Source: Nitrososphaeria archaeon
Lineage (GTDB): Archaea; Thermoproteota; Nitrososphaeria; Nitrososphaerales; JACAEJ01
Assembly (NCBI GenBank): GCA_029775925.1
Contig: JARVKB010000004.1
Location: forward strand, 3,925-67,924
Length of the DNA: 64,000 bases
Direction of reading: 5' to 3'
Shown: piece by piece, positions 51,176 through 60,862 of the stretch
How positions within the stretch are numbered: the stretch's first letter is position 1
Layout of the letters: every line of letters begins with the position of its first letter
Notes under the pieces: model-generated
Database searches by the model: none
The model's input: only the letters and a program-made list of their open reading frames with translations
What the model was told of the DNA's origin: nothing
Position numbers and translations under genes: made by a program

Positions 51176-52339
51176 TCACCACGTCCCATACGTTCCATAA
51201 TCCTTACACGCTTTTACCGCTGCTAATGTACAGCCAGGATTTGTAATCAAAGGAGTCTCACAAGTAGTTCCCAATATACATCCTCTAGGCGAATCCCTTG
51301 CTTTGAGGAGTTGACTCTTGCTTTGTTCGTATATGAAAGAGAAGTTCGGTTCTATCATCCTCTTCCCATCTACCGTTGTGAGTAGAGTCATCCTATTGCC
51401 AAATTCCTTCTTTAATAGATCCCCTGGGAATACATCATCACCATAGTATCCTATGTGTATAACTGTGAAAGGCGTGGTAATAACATCTCTCCACATCGGG
51501 TAATCTCTTGAATGATCTCCACAAAGATGATACCATAATTGAGGGCCACCACCACCTGCAAGCGCCCTTCTTACAAAGTCTCTTTGATGATCGAAGGAGA
51601 ATTCCTTTACGTACTTCGGTGGTAAGACTGTGGAGTTGGCTAAAACACTACCTATTACCATCATGTCAAACCCATATCTATCAGCTGTAAGAGATGCCCC
51701 ATTCGCACTAGTGTAAGCAAGGGCATCAAGAATCTTATGGCAAGCCTTAGGTTCTTTTCTAGTCCATATGATGAACTTCTCAGGACCTACTAACTCAGCA
51801 GCCATTGAGAATAAGCAGAATACATTATGCATAGGTAACATCATGTCAGGTATGTTGGCTTTTTCATAATCAAAAGCTCTCCAATGAAGCTCGGTTGTCT
51901 TGCATTTATCTGGCGTCAAATCTTCTTTCTCAAACTTCTGTATTTTATCAGCATCTTCAGGATTCTTTATCGGTCTATCTCCTACAACGATCCATGGAAG
52001 TGTATTGGTTGTTTGTAGCTTAACCCCGTACTTCTCCAAGAATACGTTAGAATAGAAGAAGTGGGCGACTGGTAAAAGATCAAACAGCTCATTAAAATAT
52101 GCTACACAATGAACAGCAATCTCGGGATACTCATAGAAATCTCTGTTAGTGAAACCTAGCAAAGTGGTTGCGTGTGCCATGACTATAGGATCGAAATCTA
52201 TTCTATCTTTGAATACATCAACGAAAGGAGATGCAAAACGTGTAACAGACCCTGTGTGCCATTTTTTATGTGATTCAGTATCATGTGAGATGAAGTGAGA
52301 TGGTAGTTTATCAATTGGAACAGTAGGTTGGTAGCTCAT
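51176..52339 (-). CDS. divergent MtaA/UROD-family methyltransferase
   Basis: Zn ligands YHLCG and TTCETP, ELVGPE; start MSYQ at 52339, about 30 nt from TTATATAA. Confidence 0.82.
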   Translation of the reverse strand: MSYQPTVPIDKLPSHFISHDTESHKKWHTGSVTRFASPFVDVFKDRIDFDPIVMAHATTLLGFTNRDFYEYPEIAVHCVAYFNELFDLLPVAHFFYSNVFLEKYGVKLQTTNTLPWIVVGDRPIKNPEDADKIQKFEKEDLTPDKCKTTELHWRAFDYEKANIPDMMLPMHNVFCLFSMAAELVGPEKFIIWTRKEPKACHKILDALAYTSANGASLTADRYGFDMMVIGSVLANSTVLPPKYVKEFSFDHQRDFVRRALAGGGGPQLWYHLCGDHSRDYPMWRDVITTPFTVIHIGYYGDDVFPGDLLKKEFGNRMTLLTTVDGKRMIEPNFSFIYEQSKSQLLKARDSPRGCILGTTCETPLITNPGCTLAAVKACKDYGTYGTW

Positions 52340-52402
52340 ATTCTTTCGGAAAAGAAATATCGACTCCCTTATATAAGAATTTTGAATTAACATCGTTATA
52401 TT

Positions 52403-52675
52403 CTAAATCGCTTCTTTTAACTTCTTCTTTGCATAAAAGTAGGTCCTTCTACTTATCAACCCATTCCGAAAGTCATCTTCAAGAAGACTTATGGCCAGAG
52501 TAGTCCCTCTTAATTCAAGATATTTTTGGATTTTGCTCTTTCTTCCAATCTTAGCGTCTAACTTTTGTATAATATTTAATACAGGCTCTCTCTCGATAAC
52601 AGCAAGATTGTAAACTCTTTCAAGAATAGCAGTGAAAGCCTTCTCCCCAAGTTTCTCCAATAGTCTTCGAAACAT
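52403..52675 (-). CDS. small basic protein, candidate DNA-binding regulator
   Basis: C-terminal GLISRRTYFYAKKKL resembles an HTH recognition helix; ATG 52675. Confidence 0.5.
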   Translation of the reverse strand: MFRRLLEKLGEKAFTAILERVYNLAVIEREPVLNIIQKLDAKIGRKSKIQKYLELRGTTLAISLLEDDFRNGLISRRTYFYAKKKLKEAI

Positions 52676-52694
52676 ATATTCTAATTTTCTTTCC

Positions 52695-52718
52695 AAGTGC
52701 AAAAATATTTTTGCACTT
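52695..52718. promoter_or_regulatory. perfect 24-bp palindrome AAGTGCAAAAATATTTTTGCACTT (operator copy 2)
   Basis: Read directly; shares 22 bp with 5730-5751. Confidence 0.75.
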
Positions 52719-52874
52719 TGATAATTAAAATTTTTCTTTTTATGGTCTGAATGATATTAAAACAAGACTTAACTTCTACCAAGGATTTTCGATTATCTTG
52801 ATTTATCTTTGTGCTATTCTCTTTTATTTTTCAATATGGTTAAACTGTATATTCTGTTTTTAGTTTTTCAGAGT

Positions 52875-53444
52875 TTAAACAATTAACACCATTCCATATA
52901 CGTCAAAATCTTCGGTTGTAGAAGTATGCACTTTGGTCTTATATCCAGCTTTTCTTACAGTCTCATCCACATCTATCCCTAAAGATTCCATAGCTGGTCT
53001 GGCAATATTAGGATTCTTACACTTCCCTGGTTGAAGAACGCACTCATCACATAAAAGGCAAGGTCCACAAACTGTAGCAAAAGCTGATTGATACCCAGAT
53101 AGGAAGATCTGTCTCTCTAACTCTGCAGCTGTTTTTTGTAATATTACCATGTTTTTTATTGAGTGAGTTCCACTTTGAAAGACGCCTTCTGGTACTTTTG
53201 ATGAAAAGCGCATAGTGAATAGAAGCGCCCAGTTGTATTCTTTAATGAATTTTCTTGTCTGGTCTGGTGTGGGACTAAAGGGTGGGCAAGTTAAATAATG
53301 ATTATAGAAAGGACAACCATACTGGCATTTAAGCCTTGTTCTATCATTTATGACTATATTATCTGTGCTTATGATCTTTGCATCGAATGCTCCAAGCTTT
53401 CTTGCCAATTCACAAAACTTTGTCAAATCTTCTAGAATTTCCAT
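52875..53444 (-). CDS. DUF2284 predicted metal-binding protein
   Basis: KCQYGC...TCPP, GPCLLCDEC, ARPAMESLGIDV. Confidence 0.9.
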   Translation of the reverse strand: MEILEDLTKFCELARKLGAFDAKIISTDNIVINDRTRLKCQYGCPFYNHYLTCPPFSPTPDQTRKFIKEYNWALLFTMRFSSKVPEGVFQSGTHSIKNMVILQKTAAELERQIFLSGYQSAFATVCGPCLLCDECVLQPGKCKNPNIARPAMESLGIDVDETVRKAGYKTKVHTSTTEDFDVYGMVLIV

Positions 53445-53840
53445 AGTTAATTTCTTTTCTGAGATTTTGATTTAAAGTTTATGTCAAATATCCATTATAA
53501 GCATTAATAATTCTTTTAATTAGAGTTTTACAAACTATACAGAGCCAGTATCAAGAAAAGCCATAATTATTGAGCCTCTCCGATCTGTTCGTTTTGGCTA
53601 GTAAAGACCATGTTAACCCTTCTATTAGCTTTTATAAATGGAGATAAAGCTGATGGAAGCTATAAAAGTAATCATCTATTAACTGCTCTGCTTCTTCTAG
53701 ATTATTAAGATGTCATTATAAGCAAAATCCTTTCTATTGAGGATTATACAGTTTATTTGTAATATTCTCTAACAATCTGCTTTAGATTTTATTCATATCT
53801 TTAAGGATTATATAGCTAAAGCATAGATACTAATGTTAAA

Positions 53841-55130
53841 TTGAAGTTTGTAGCTGAAATAAGGGATCCTGTACATGGATATATACATATAACAGATGTA
53901 GAAAAAGAAATAATAGATACAAATGTCTTTCAAAGACTGAGAAGAATCAAGCAACTTGCAGGAGCGAATCTAACTTATCCTGGCGCCCAGCACACTCGTT
54001 TTGAACACTCTTTAGGAGCGATGTATCTTGCTGGTTTAGCTGGTTCTTCTCTTTCATCTAAAATTCATATTTCAGACGATAATATACAAGAATTAAGATT
54101 ATCTGCTCTGCTACACGATATTGGCCACGGTCCTTTTTCTCATCTTTTTGAAGAGGCTTTGACAGAAAAGAGGAATATAACACATGAAGATATTTCAAAA
54201 AGGATCATAAAAGAGACGGAGATCAAAGATATATTAAATAAGAATGGCTTTGACCCCGATGACGTATCTGAATTATCTTTAGGATTATCTTCAAGGAAGC
54301 CCAAATTCATGAACGATATAATTGCAGGAGGTCTGAGCGTTGATATAATGGATTATCTTCTTCGAGACTCTTACTTTACTGGCGTAGAATATGGTAGAGT
54401 GGATGTTCATAGGCTTATCAACTCGTTTGAGATCATAGATGAAAAACTGGCGATGGATCAGGCTGCTCTTTACGCTTTTGAAGCCTTTACAATAGCTCGT
54501 TATGAAATGTTTAAAGCAGTATACTTCCATAAAACAGTAAGAGCAGCCCAAGCAATGCTGGCCCGTTCAATAATCCTTGCCGATAACGAATTGAACTTGA
54601 CAGATGTTAGTGATTTGGAAAATTATCTTCAACTTACAGATGAGACAACACTTCTAAAACTTATCGATTTAGAGCCTAAGAGTAAAGAGTTGATCAGAGC
54701 CAAGCAACTTGCCATAGGCTATAGGGATAGGAAGCTTATAAAGTGTGTTTTTGAGAAGATAGTTCAAAGGGAAGATAGGTTCATTGAGAAAATTCTCAAT
54801 CAGAAGAGCATAAGAGACAAGATTGCTACAGAGATTGCTAAGGAAGCGGATATTGATCCTGATCTTGTATTCTTCGATGTTCCAACAACTCCTTCTGTTC
54901 CTTACACATCGTCACGCCAATCTTTATCATCTATAACTTTAGTCTACAAGACTATAGAAGGCAGGCGCTATGAAATCATCCCTGTAAAGAAACTCGCATT
55001 AGTCGGAGCCATTACGGGATACATGGACATAATAAGAATATACACACAATCAGAGCATAGATCAAAAGTTGAAAAAGCTGTAGAAGCTTTCTTTGGCAGG
55101 GAAGGGTATGCCACTAAGGTATCTATGTAA
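53841..55130 (+). CDS. HD-domain phosphohydrolase (dNTPase-like)
   Basis: DPVHG, QRLRRIKQL, HTRFEHS, LHDIGHGPFSH, DYLLRD. Confidence 0.92.
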   Translation: MKFVAEIRDPVHGYIHITDVEKEIIDTNVFQRLRRIKQLAGANLTYPGAQHTRFEHSLGAMYLAGLAGSSLSSKIHISDDNIQELRLSALLHDIGHGPFSHLFEEALTEKRNITHEDISKRIIKETEIKDILNKNGFDPDDVSELSLGLSSRKPKFMNDIIAGGLSVDIMDYLLRDSYFTGVEYGRVDVHRLINSFEIIDEKLAMDQAALYAFEAFTIARYEMFKAVYFHKTVRAAQAMLARSIILADNELNLTDVSDLENYLQLTDETTLLKLIDLEPKSKELIRAKQLAIGYRDRKLIKCVFEKIVQREDRFIEKILNQKSIRDKIATEIAKEADIDPDLVFFDVPTTPSVPYTSSRQSLSSITLVYKTIEGRRYEIIPVKKLALVGAITGYMDIIRIYTQSEHRSKVEKAVEAFFGREGYATKVSM

Positions 55131-55290
55131 AAATTCGATAATAAGGGAAGCGATATTTGAAGGAGTATAAGTGATAGTAGCATCAAAATATGAAGAAGTT
55201 CATTTTTAATGAACTAAATCCTATAGATTAAGTATATCCCAAAATAAAGATGAAAAACATGATGCGAAGATAATAGCAAGGTGAATTAAA

Positions 55291-55555
55291 ATGAAAAGCT
55301 CAGAGCGAAAGTGCTTAATAGAAAAGCCTGTAATCCAAAAAACAAACTAGATCGAATATTAGAAACACTAGCATTTGCAGCTAGGACAAAGCATTGTTGA
55401 TATCGGAGCTGGAGGCGGTTATTTCTCTATTCGATTTGCTGATGTAGTAAGAATAGAAGGACAGGCATGCGTAGTAGATACAAATAGAATTCTTGGAAAC
55501 TATCAGAAATAGTGCTAAGGAGAAAAGGATTGAATAATGTTAAAACAATCCCTGC
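55291..55555 (+). pseudogene. class I SAM methyltransferase remnant
   Basis: DRILETLA / GQSIVDIGAGGGYFS / AKEKGLNNV in shifting frames, truncated. Confidence 0.75.
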
Positions 55556-55605
55556 CTATAGGTGGTAAATTAATTTTTGTCCAATTATTTTTGCTGTTTA
55601 ATCAA

Positions 55606-56265
55606 CTAAATTTCCATTCCGCCACAAAATTTCGTTATGTATTCTACTGCTATATTTTTAGCATTTATCAAACTATCTTTGCTTATTCCAGGAACGCCAC
55701 ATACCATTAGCAAAACATTCCTTGTTTTCTCATTCAATTTAGACTCGTCGGCATCTCTGTATGGGTAAATTGCCACCAACTTTACATCATCTGAGACTAC
55801 TATTTCTCCCCCTTGTAATTCTTTTGGTTTATCCATACCTATGCCAAAGAATTTCTCTCCCTTCCTTGCAAATCTCATGACTAAGTTACCTTGAACTTTA
55901 TCTTCATCGAAGGCAGCTAACGCTATTTCAGTCTTTATAGATGCAAGATTATAAGCATCTACTATATTGTTTATGCTAGGTATAGATTTGCCTCCGAGAA
56001 TCCTTCTTATCAAAGCTTCAGCAGCAGGTCTAACCTTGGTAGGATCTATGCCAACTCTCCAGAAGAAATCTCTATAAGCTCTAAAAGTTGGTAAATCTCT
56101 TAATCTCTCAATATCATACTTTTCTTTTACTTCTTTTATGATCTTATCCTTGAAAACTTCCAAATCAGTATTGCTTTTTTCAACTTTTACTCCTTTTATA
56201 CTGGTGATAAGGGCTTGTAAACCAGTAAAACGCTCTGCCAAATCTGGCAAGATTTTTAATTCCAT
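55606..56265 (-). CDS. B3/4 domain (PheRS-beta editing-like) protein
   Basis: GIDPTKVRPAAEALIRR, INNIVDAYN, YPYRD. Confidence 0.9.
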   Translation of the reverse strand: MELKILPDLAERFTGLQALITSIKGVKVEKSNTDLEVFKDKIIKEVKEKYDIERLRDLPTFRAYRDFFWRVGIDPTKVRPAAEALIRRILGGKSIPSINNIVDAYNLASIKTEIALAAFDEDKVQGNLVMRFARKGEKFFGIGMDKPKELQGGEIVVSDDVKLVAIYPYRDADESKLNEKTRNVLLMVCGVPGISKDSLINAKNIAVEYITKFCGGMEI

Positions 56266-56300
56266 AAAACTTTGGTGTTAACGATAAAATAAAAACTTAT

Positions 56301-56699
56301 TCAATATATTATCACAGAACCGTTGCTTCCATTCACCATAAGAAAATCTCCTTTTCTGATAAGAGATAATCCTTCAACCATATCTACAAGGGGTATTTTA
56401 GCAATAGCGCAGCCAGAGACGGTGATACTGTCAGATCTTAGGTTGATAATTGCAGAAGGTGCTTTATCATTTTTCTTCAACCTATAAAGAACATAGGCTC
56501 CAACACTACTGCCAATACTATAAGGGAATATTAAGACCTTTTTATCTATACTAGATCCAAAGAGTTCATGATGCCTATCGATAATCTTGCCTTGCTCGGG
56601 GTTTACACCTTCTAGAAAAGATATAGGAGATTTTGAAATTAATGCTTTGCCAGATCCTAAACCATCAACAAGGCCTCTCCCTCTAAACACACCTTTCAT
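56301..56699 (-). CDS. aconitase X swivel subunit (phosphomevalonate dehydratase small subunit, DUF126)
   Basis: ISFL.GV.P..G.I, GSSVGAYV, AP.AII. Confidence 0.9.
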   Translation of the reverse strand: MKGVFRGRGLVDGLGSGKALISKSPISFLEGVNPEQGKIIDRHHELFGSSIDKKVLIFPYSIGSSVGAYVLYRLKKNDKAPSAIINLRSDSITVSGCAIAKIPLVDMVEGLSLIRKGDFLMVNGSNGSVIIY

Positions 56700-56700
56700 A

Positions 56701-57864
56701 TCATTTAAAACTCTCCTTTAGAATTTCATTGCTATCTTTAAGATTTATTTTAACTTTATGGAATCTTTTAATGTAATGGGCGGCTTTGCATGAATTTGTA
56801 GCAATTCTTTCAACTTCAAGACTTGAGATTATGGGCGTAAAAACAGCGCAAGTATTACAAATGAATTTTGCTCCCGCTTTTTCGATTTTGTTAATATAAC
56901 CTTTTCTCTTTGCTTCTTCGTAAGTCTTTCTCGAACAGAATATTAAGCATTTTTTATTTAATTTTTTATCTCCAATAAATTCAGAGATTTCATTTATCTC
57001 ATCGACATTAAGATGTGGACAACCTAAAATTATTACATCTCCCTTTTCAACATCATTAAGCTCGTCGTAAACATCTTTTAGTTCATAATTAGTAAAATCT
57101 ATTCTTTCAATTTTATTCATATCATCATTCATCGTGAACATTCCAGAAGCTCCTGATGTTCCTATAGCTGCACAGATAGCTTTAGCTTCGGATGAATTTA
57201 GATTTTTTATGTTTTGAAAAGCTATAGTTCCTCTTGTAATCTTTCCAGCAAAATATCCCAAAAGACCAAATTTCACCGAACCTGAAAACTTATCAATTTT
57301 AATTCGAATTGAGAGATTTGGTTTTCTTAATTCATCGATATGCAATTCTGAATAAGGAGTTTTACCAGTAATTGCGCTTGCTAGAGCGCTTAAAGCGCTC
57401 TCACGACTATTCATCTAACCTAGAATAGAGTTTGCATAAATAGATGCTGAACTCTCGGCCCAGCTTACATGACTGCCTTTTGGTGGTAGATAGAAACCTT
57501 CGTAAGGTGTACATGTAAAAGATTCGACCACTCCTAATCTTTTATAGGCTTCAATTATCTTTGTCTGTTCTGAAATATAATCATTATCGAGATTAAAATC
57601 ATATGGATTTTGGGCATCTAATCCAGCAGGATTTACAGTAGTAGGAACAGAAACCCTGGCTTTAAGACTAACATTCTCCAGGAAATCTTTTCCATAATCC
57701 CCAATAGTTGAATATGAAACTCCTGACACATGGGCTGATGAAATTTTAATTAAATGGCTCGCACCAGTTAAACGCCCTATGGATGACAATATTCTGTAAG
57801 CAATCTCAAGAGCTTCTCCGTACTCTCCTTCAAGCGCTCGCTCTTCATAATTATTAAGGTACAA
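56701..57864 (-). CDS. aconitase X catalytic subunit (phosphomevalonate dehydratase large subunit, DUF521), interrupted by in-frame TAG at 57415-57417
   Basis: HVSGVSY, TCTPY, WAESSA, NSILG*MNSRES, TGKTP, GCPH, TC; both ORFs in one frame. Confidence 0.88.
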
Positions 57865-57966
57865 TACCCGCCGCCAAAATTGGATAATTTTTGTTTCTAA
57901 TAAGCATAAATTCTTTTATTACTTTTAAATACATATTTTGTTAAGCTCGATCAAACAAAATAATAG

Positions 57967-59328
57967 GTGAATGGTTTGAATGAAAAAACTAACCCATCAG
58001 ATTTAAGGTATTTCTTGCAAATGTTGGAACTGGATAACCAATTGATGAAAATAAAGAGGGAAGTATCTTATTTATATGAAGCAGCAGCCATCATGAAGAA
58101 GTTAGATAAAGGCCCGGTTTTATTCTTTGAAAAGATAAAAGATTCGAACTATCCTTTAGTTAGTGGTTTATGTAGCACAAAGGAAAGGATTTGTTCAGCA
58201 ATTAATATAAATTCAAATGAGTTCAACGAAAAGATTTCATCAGCAATAAAAAATCCAATAAATCCAAGAATTATTGAGAAGGCCCCATTTAAAGAATGTT
58301 CAGAAAAACCAAAATTAAGCGATTTACCAATAATTAAGCACTATGAGAAAGATGCTGGAAGATATATAACGGCAGGCATAGTCTTTGCAAAAAATATAGA
58401 GACAAAGACCCAGAATGCATCAATACATCGCTTACTTCTTCTTGACGATGAACACTTAGTCATAAGAGTGGTAGAGGGGAGACATCTATGGAAATGCTTA
58501 CAATTATCGAAGCAAGAAAAAAAACCTCTAGAAGTAGCAATAGCAATAGGAGTCCATCCAGCAATATCATTAGCAGCCGCGTGTCAAGCGCCTTATGGTG
58601 TTGACGAGATGGGGATTGCAAATTATCTTTTAAATAATAATTTGACGATGTCAAAGTGCAATAAAGTAAACTTATTCGTCCCATCTTGTTCTGAGATAGT
58701 TTTAGAGGGTGAATTTATGATGGAGAGGGAAGAGTTAGAATTTATGACAGATATGCTCGGCACGTATGATCATCCTAGAAAACAACCTGTTATTAGAATA
58801 AAAAATATTTCTCATAGAAAAAGTCCAATTTATCAAGGATTATTACCGGCTGGCCGTGAACATCGTTTGCTCATGTCTCTTCCAGTAGAAGTTAAGCTTT
58901 TTCAAGGAGTGAAGAACACAGTGCCATCGACCAAGGTCGTTCATCTTACTGATGGTGGTTGTAATTGGTTACATGCAGTAATTCAAATAAAAAAATCTTA
59001 TGAAGGAGAACCAAAAAATGCTATATTGTCGGCCTTTGCCAATCATCCATCATTAAAATTAGCCATAGTTGTTGATGATGATATAAATCCATTTGACATA
59101 AAAAGTGTGGAGTTTGCTATTGCCACACGATTTCAAGGTGATAAAAGTTTAATTATAATACCTAATACAAAAGGTTCAAGTTTAGACCCATCGAGCGATC
59201 AAGATAACCTTCTTACCACAAAGGTTGGAATAGATGCAACGATAAGTCTTTTCAAGAAAAAAGAAAGGTTTGAGATAGCAAAGATACCTGGTGAAGATTT
59301 GATGAACATTCAAGAATACATAACTTAA
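57967..59328 (+). CDS. UbiD-family decarboxylase (likely anhydromevalonate phosphate decarboxylase)
   Basis: DAGRYIT, NASIHR, EIVLEG, GGCNWLH, GSSLDPS; divergent from acnX genes. Confidence 0.9.
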   Translation: MNGLNEKTNPSDLRYFLQMLELDNQLMKIKREVSYLYEAAAIMKKLDKGPVLFFEKIKDSNYPLVSGLCSTKERICSAININSNEFNEKISSAIKNPINPRIIEKAPFKECSEKPKLSDLPIIKHYEKDAGRYITAGIVFAKNIETKTQNASIHRLLLLDDEHLVIRVVEGRHLWKCLQLSKQEKKPLEVAIAIGVHPAISLAAACQAPYGVDEMGIANYLLNNNLTMSKCNKVNLFVPSCSEIVLEGEFMMEREELEFMTDMLGTYDHPRKQPVIRIKNISHRKSPIYQGLLPAGREHRLLMSLPVEVKLFQGVKNTVPSTKVVHLTDGGCNWLHAVIQIKKSYEGEPKNAILSAFANHPSLKLAIVVDDDINPFDIKSVEFAIATRFQGDKSLIIIPNTKGSSLDPSSDQDNLLTTKVGIDATISLFKKKERFEIAKIPGEDLMNIQEYIT

Positions 59329-59539
59329 GCTTTATAAAGGCCTTTTACTTCTTCTAATAAACTTCTTATAATTTAGGCATCTAGGCCTTAAAGTATGTAA
59401 GGATGCTATGACAATTAACATCAACCATCATAAATAAACTCTTAAATAATATTTTTAAGAAAACGTCTAAACTTATTAGGGCGATTATATTAGAATCATT
59501 TTTAGCTTTTATTATTAAAAATTTTTGAAAATGAGCTTT

Positions 59540-59797
59540 TCATTCTTTATTACTTAGAGAGTTAATCGTATTTATTATTAAGTTTATTAGCCTCAAATAA
59601 GAGTTCATCCCGGCCCTTAATCGGGATATATCTTCTCCTTTTATACTTATGATTAGTTTATCTTTATCATAAGAAGATTTAATCAGTAAGTTTGATTTTG
59701 GAGCCTTGTCTATGTCAGGTTTTAGAGCATAATAAGCAATTTTAGCCAAATCATTACCTAAGTTAACTTCTATCTTGGCATCTATTTCATTAATCAT
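59540..59797 (-). CDS. pcc1: KEOPS subunit Pcc1
   Basis: ALKPD, DISRLRAGMNSYLRL; superoperon position. Confidence 0.88.
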   Translation of the reverse strand: MINEIDAKIEVNLGNDLAKIAYYALKPDIDKAPKSNLLIKSSYDKDKLIISIKGEDISRLRAGMNSYLRLINLIINTINSLSNKE

Positions 59798-59808
59798 ATT
59801 CTTTTCTC

Positions 59809-60039
59809 TTAAGATGGAGAGATTGTTGGAGGAACGATGTCATAAGCTCTTCCTGCAATAGCTAAGCCACACGATTTACACGCCCATATGCCCTTACCTT
59901 TTCTCCTTAAATTCCATGAACCGCATTTAGGACAATTCCTCTTCATCTTTAAAATCCTAAATATTCCGCTATACTTCTTTCTTAAAGTTGAACCATACTT
60001 GGCACCAAGTCCTTTTAATCCTTTATCAGCCTTTGGCAT
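59809..60039 (-). CDS. rpl37ae: 50S ribosomal protein L37Ae (eL43)
   Basis: GAKYGSTLRK, CPKC, GIWAC..C, AGRAY. Confidence 0.93.
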   Translation of the reverse strand: MPKADKGLKGLGAKYGSTLRKKYSGIFRILKMKRNCPKCGSWNLRRKGKGIWACKSCGLAIAGRAYDIVPPTISPS

Positions 60040-60862
60040 TTTTCATGACCTCCTTTTTTATAATTTCTCTTATTTCTTTTGCTTTTGTTCTGGCGATTTC
60101 AGTTGCTAATTTAACTTGATCGAAGCTAAGTGTTCCAGGTTGACCTTTTTGACCAGCACATAAATTTCCATCTTCATCTACTACAAAGGTTACTCTTGCA
60201 TCCATGACAGCTTCCTCTTCAGATGTTGGATCTACGATGAGCGTTTCACCTATTCTTGCCATAGTAATCGATATCGGAATGCCGTTTATTGGTAATGGGG
60301 TAATCTCTTCGGATTGTCTTATCTGTCCGTTTTCATCAACATAAAATTTTGGCATTTTACTTGTAATGATAGAAGCAATCGTCGCGTATGAAGAAGCATC
60401 GAACAAGTTTCCATCGATATTCAAAACATTAACATCAATGAACACAACACATACTTTTCTGCCAGGAATCAATACGAGCTTAGATAGATCAATCATATAA
60501 GATTCCCTAACTCCTCTATCAACCACTCTAGCTAACTCTATGGCATCCTCATCAGGAGGACCAGGCTCTGCATATGCTGAAGCTAAAGGCAAGACTTCTG
60601 TGTTTACTACTAAAAGCCCTTTATCAGGTGTGTCAGGGAATGGTTCTCCCAGTTCTATCTTCACGCCAGCTATAACTTGAGTGTTCCCGACCTGAACTCT
60701 AGCTGAGCCATTAGCTTTCTCTATTATGCCAGTTTCTATAGTTATAGGACGAAAGTCCATTAAACCTCTATTATCCAATCTTTTTTCTTTAGACAAAAGC
60801 TCTATCATCTGAGTTTTTCTTAACTGCTCAACAACTATCGACTTTTTCACTGCTGACATCAT
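60026..60862 (-). CDS. rrp42: exosome subunit Rrp42
   Basis: [28 protein letters not shown]. Confidence 0.96.
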   Translation of the reverse strand: MMSAVKKSIVVEQLRKTQMIELLSKEKRLDNRGLMDFRPITIETGIIEKANGSARVQVGNTQVIAGVKIELGEPFPDTPDKGLLVVNTEVLPLASAYAEPGPPDEDAIELARVVDRGVRESYMIDLSKLVLIPGRKVCVVFIDVNVLNIDGNLFDASSYATIASIITSKMPKFYVDENGQIRQSEEITPLPINGIPISITMARIGETLIVDPTSEEEAVMDARVTFVVDEDGNLCAGQKGQPGTLSFDQVKLATEIARTKAKEIREIIKKEVMKNAKG

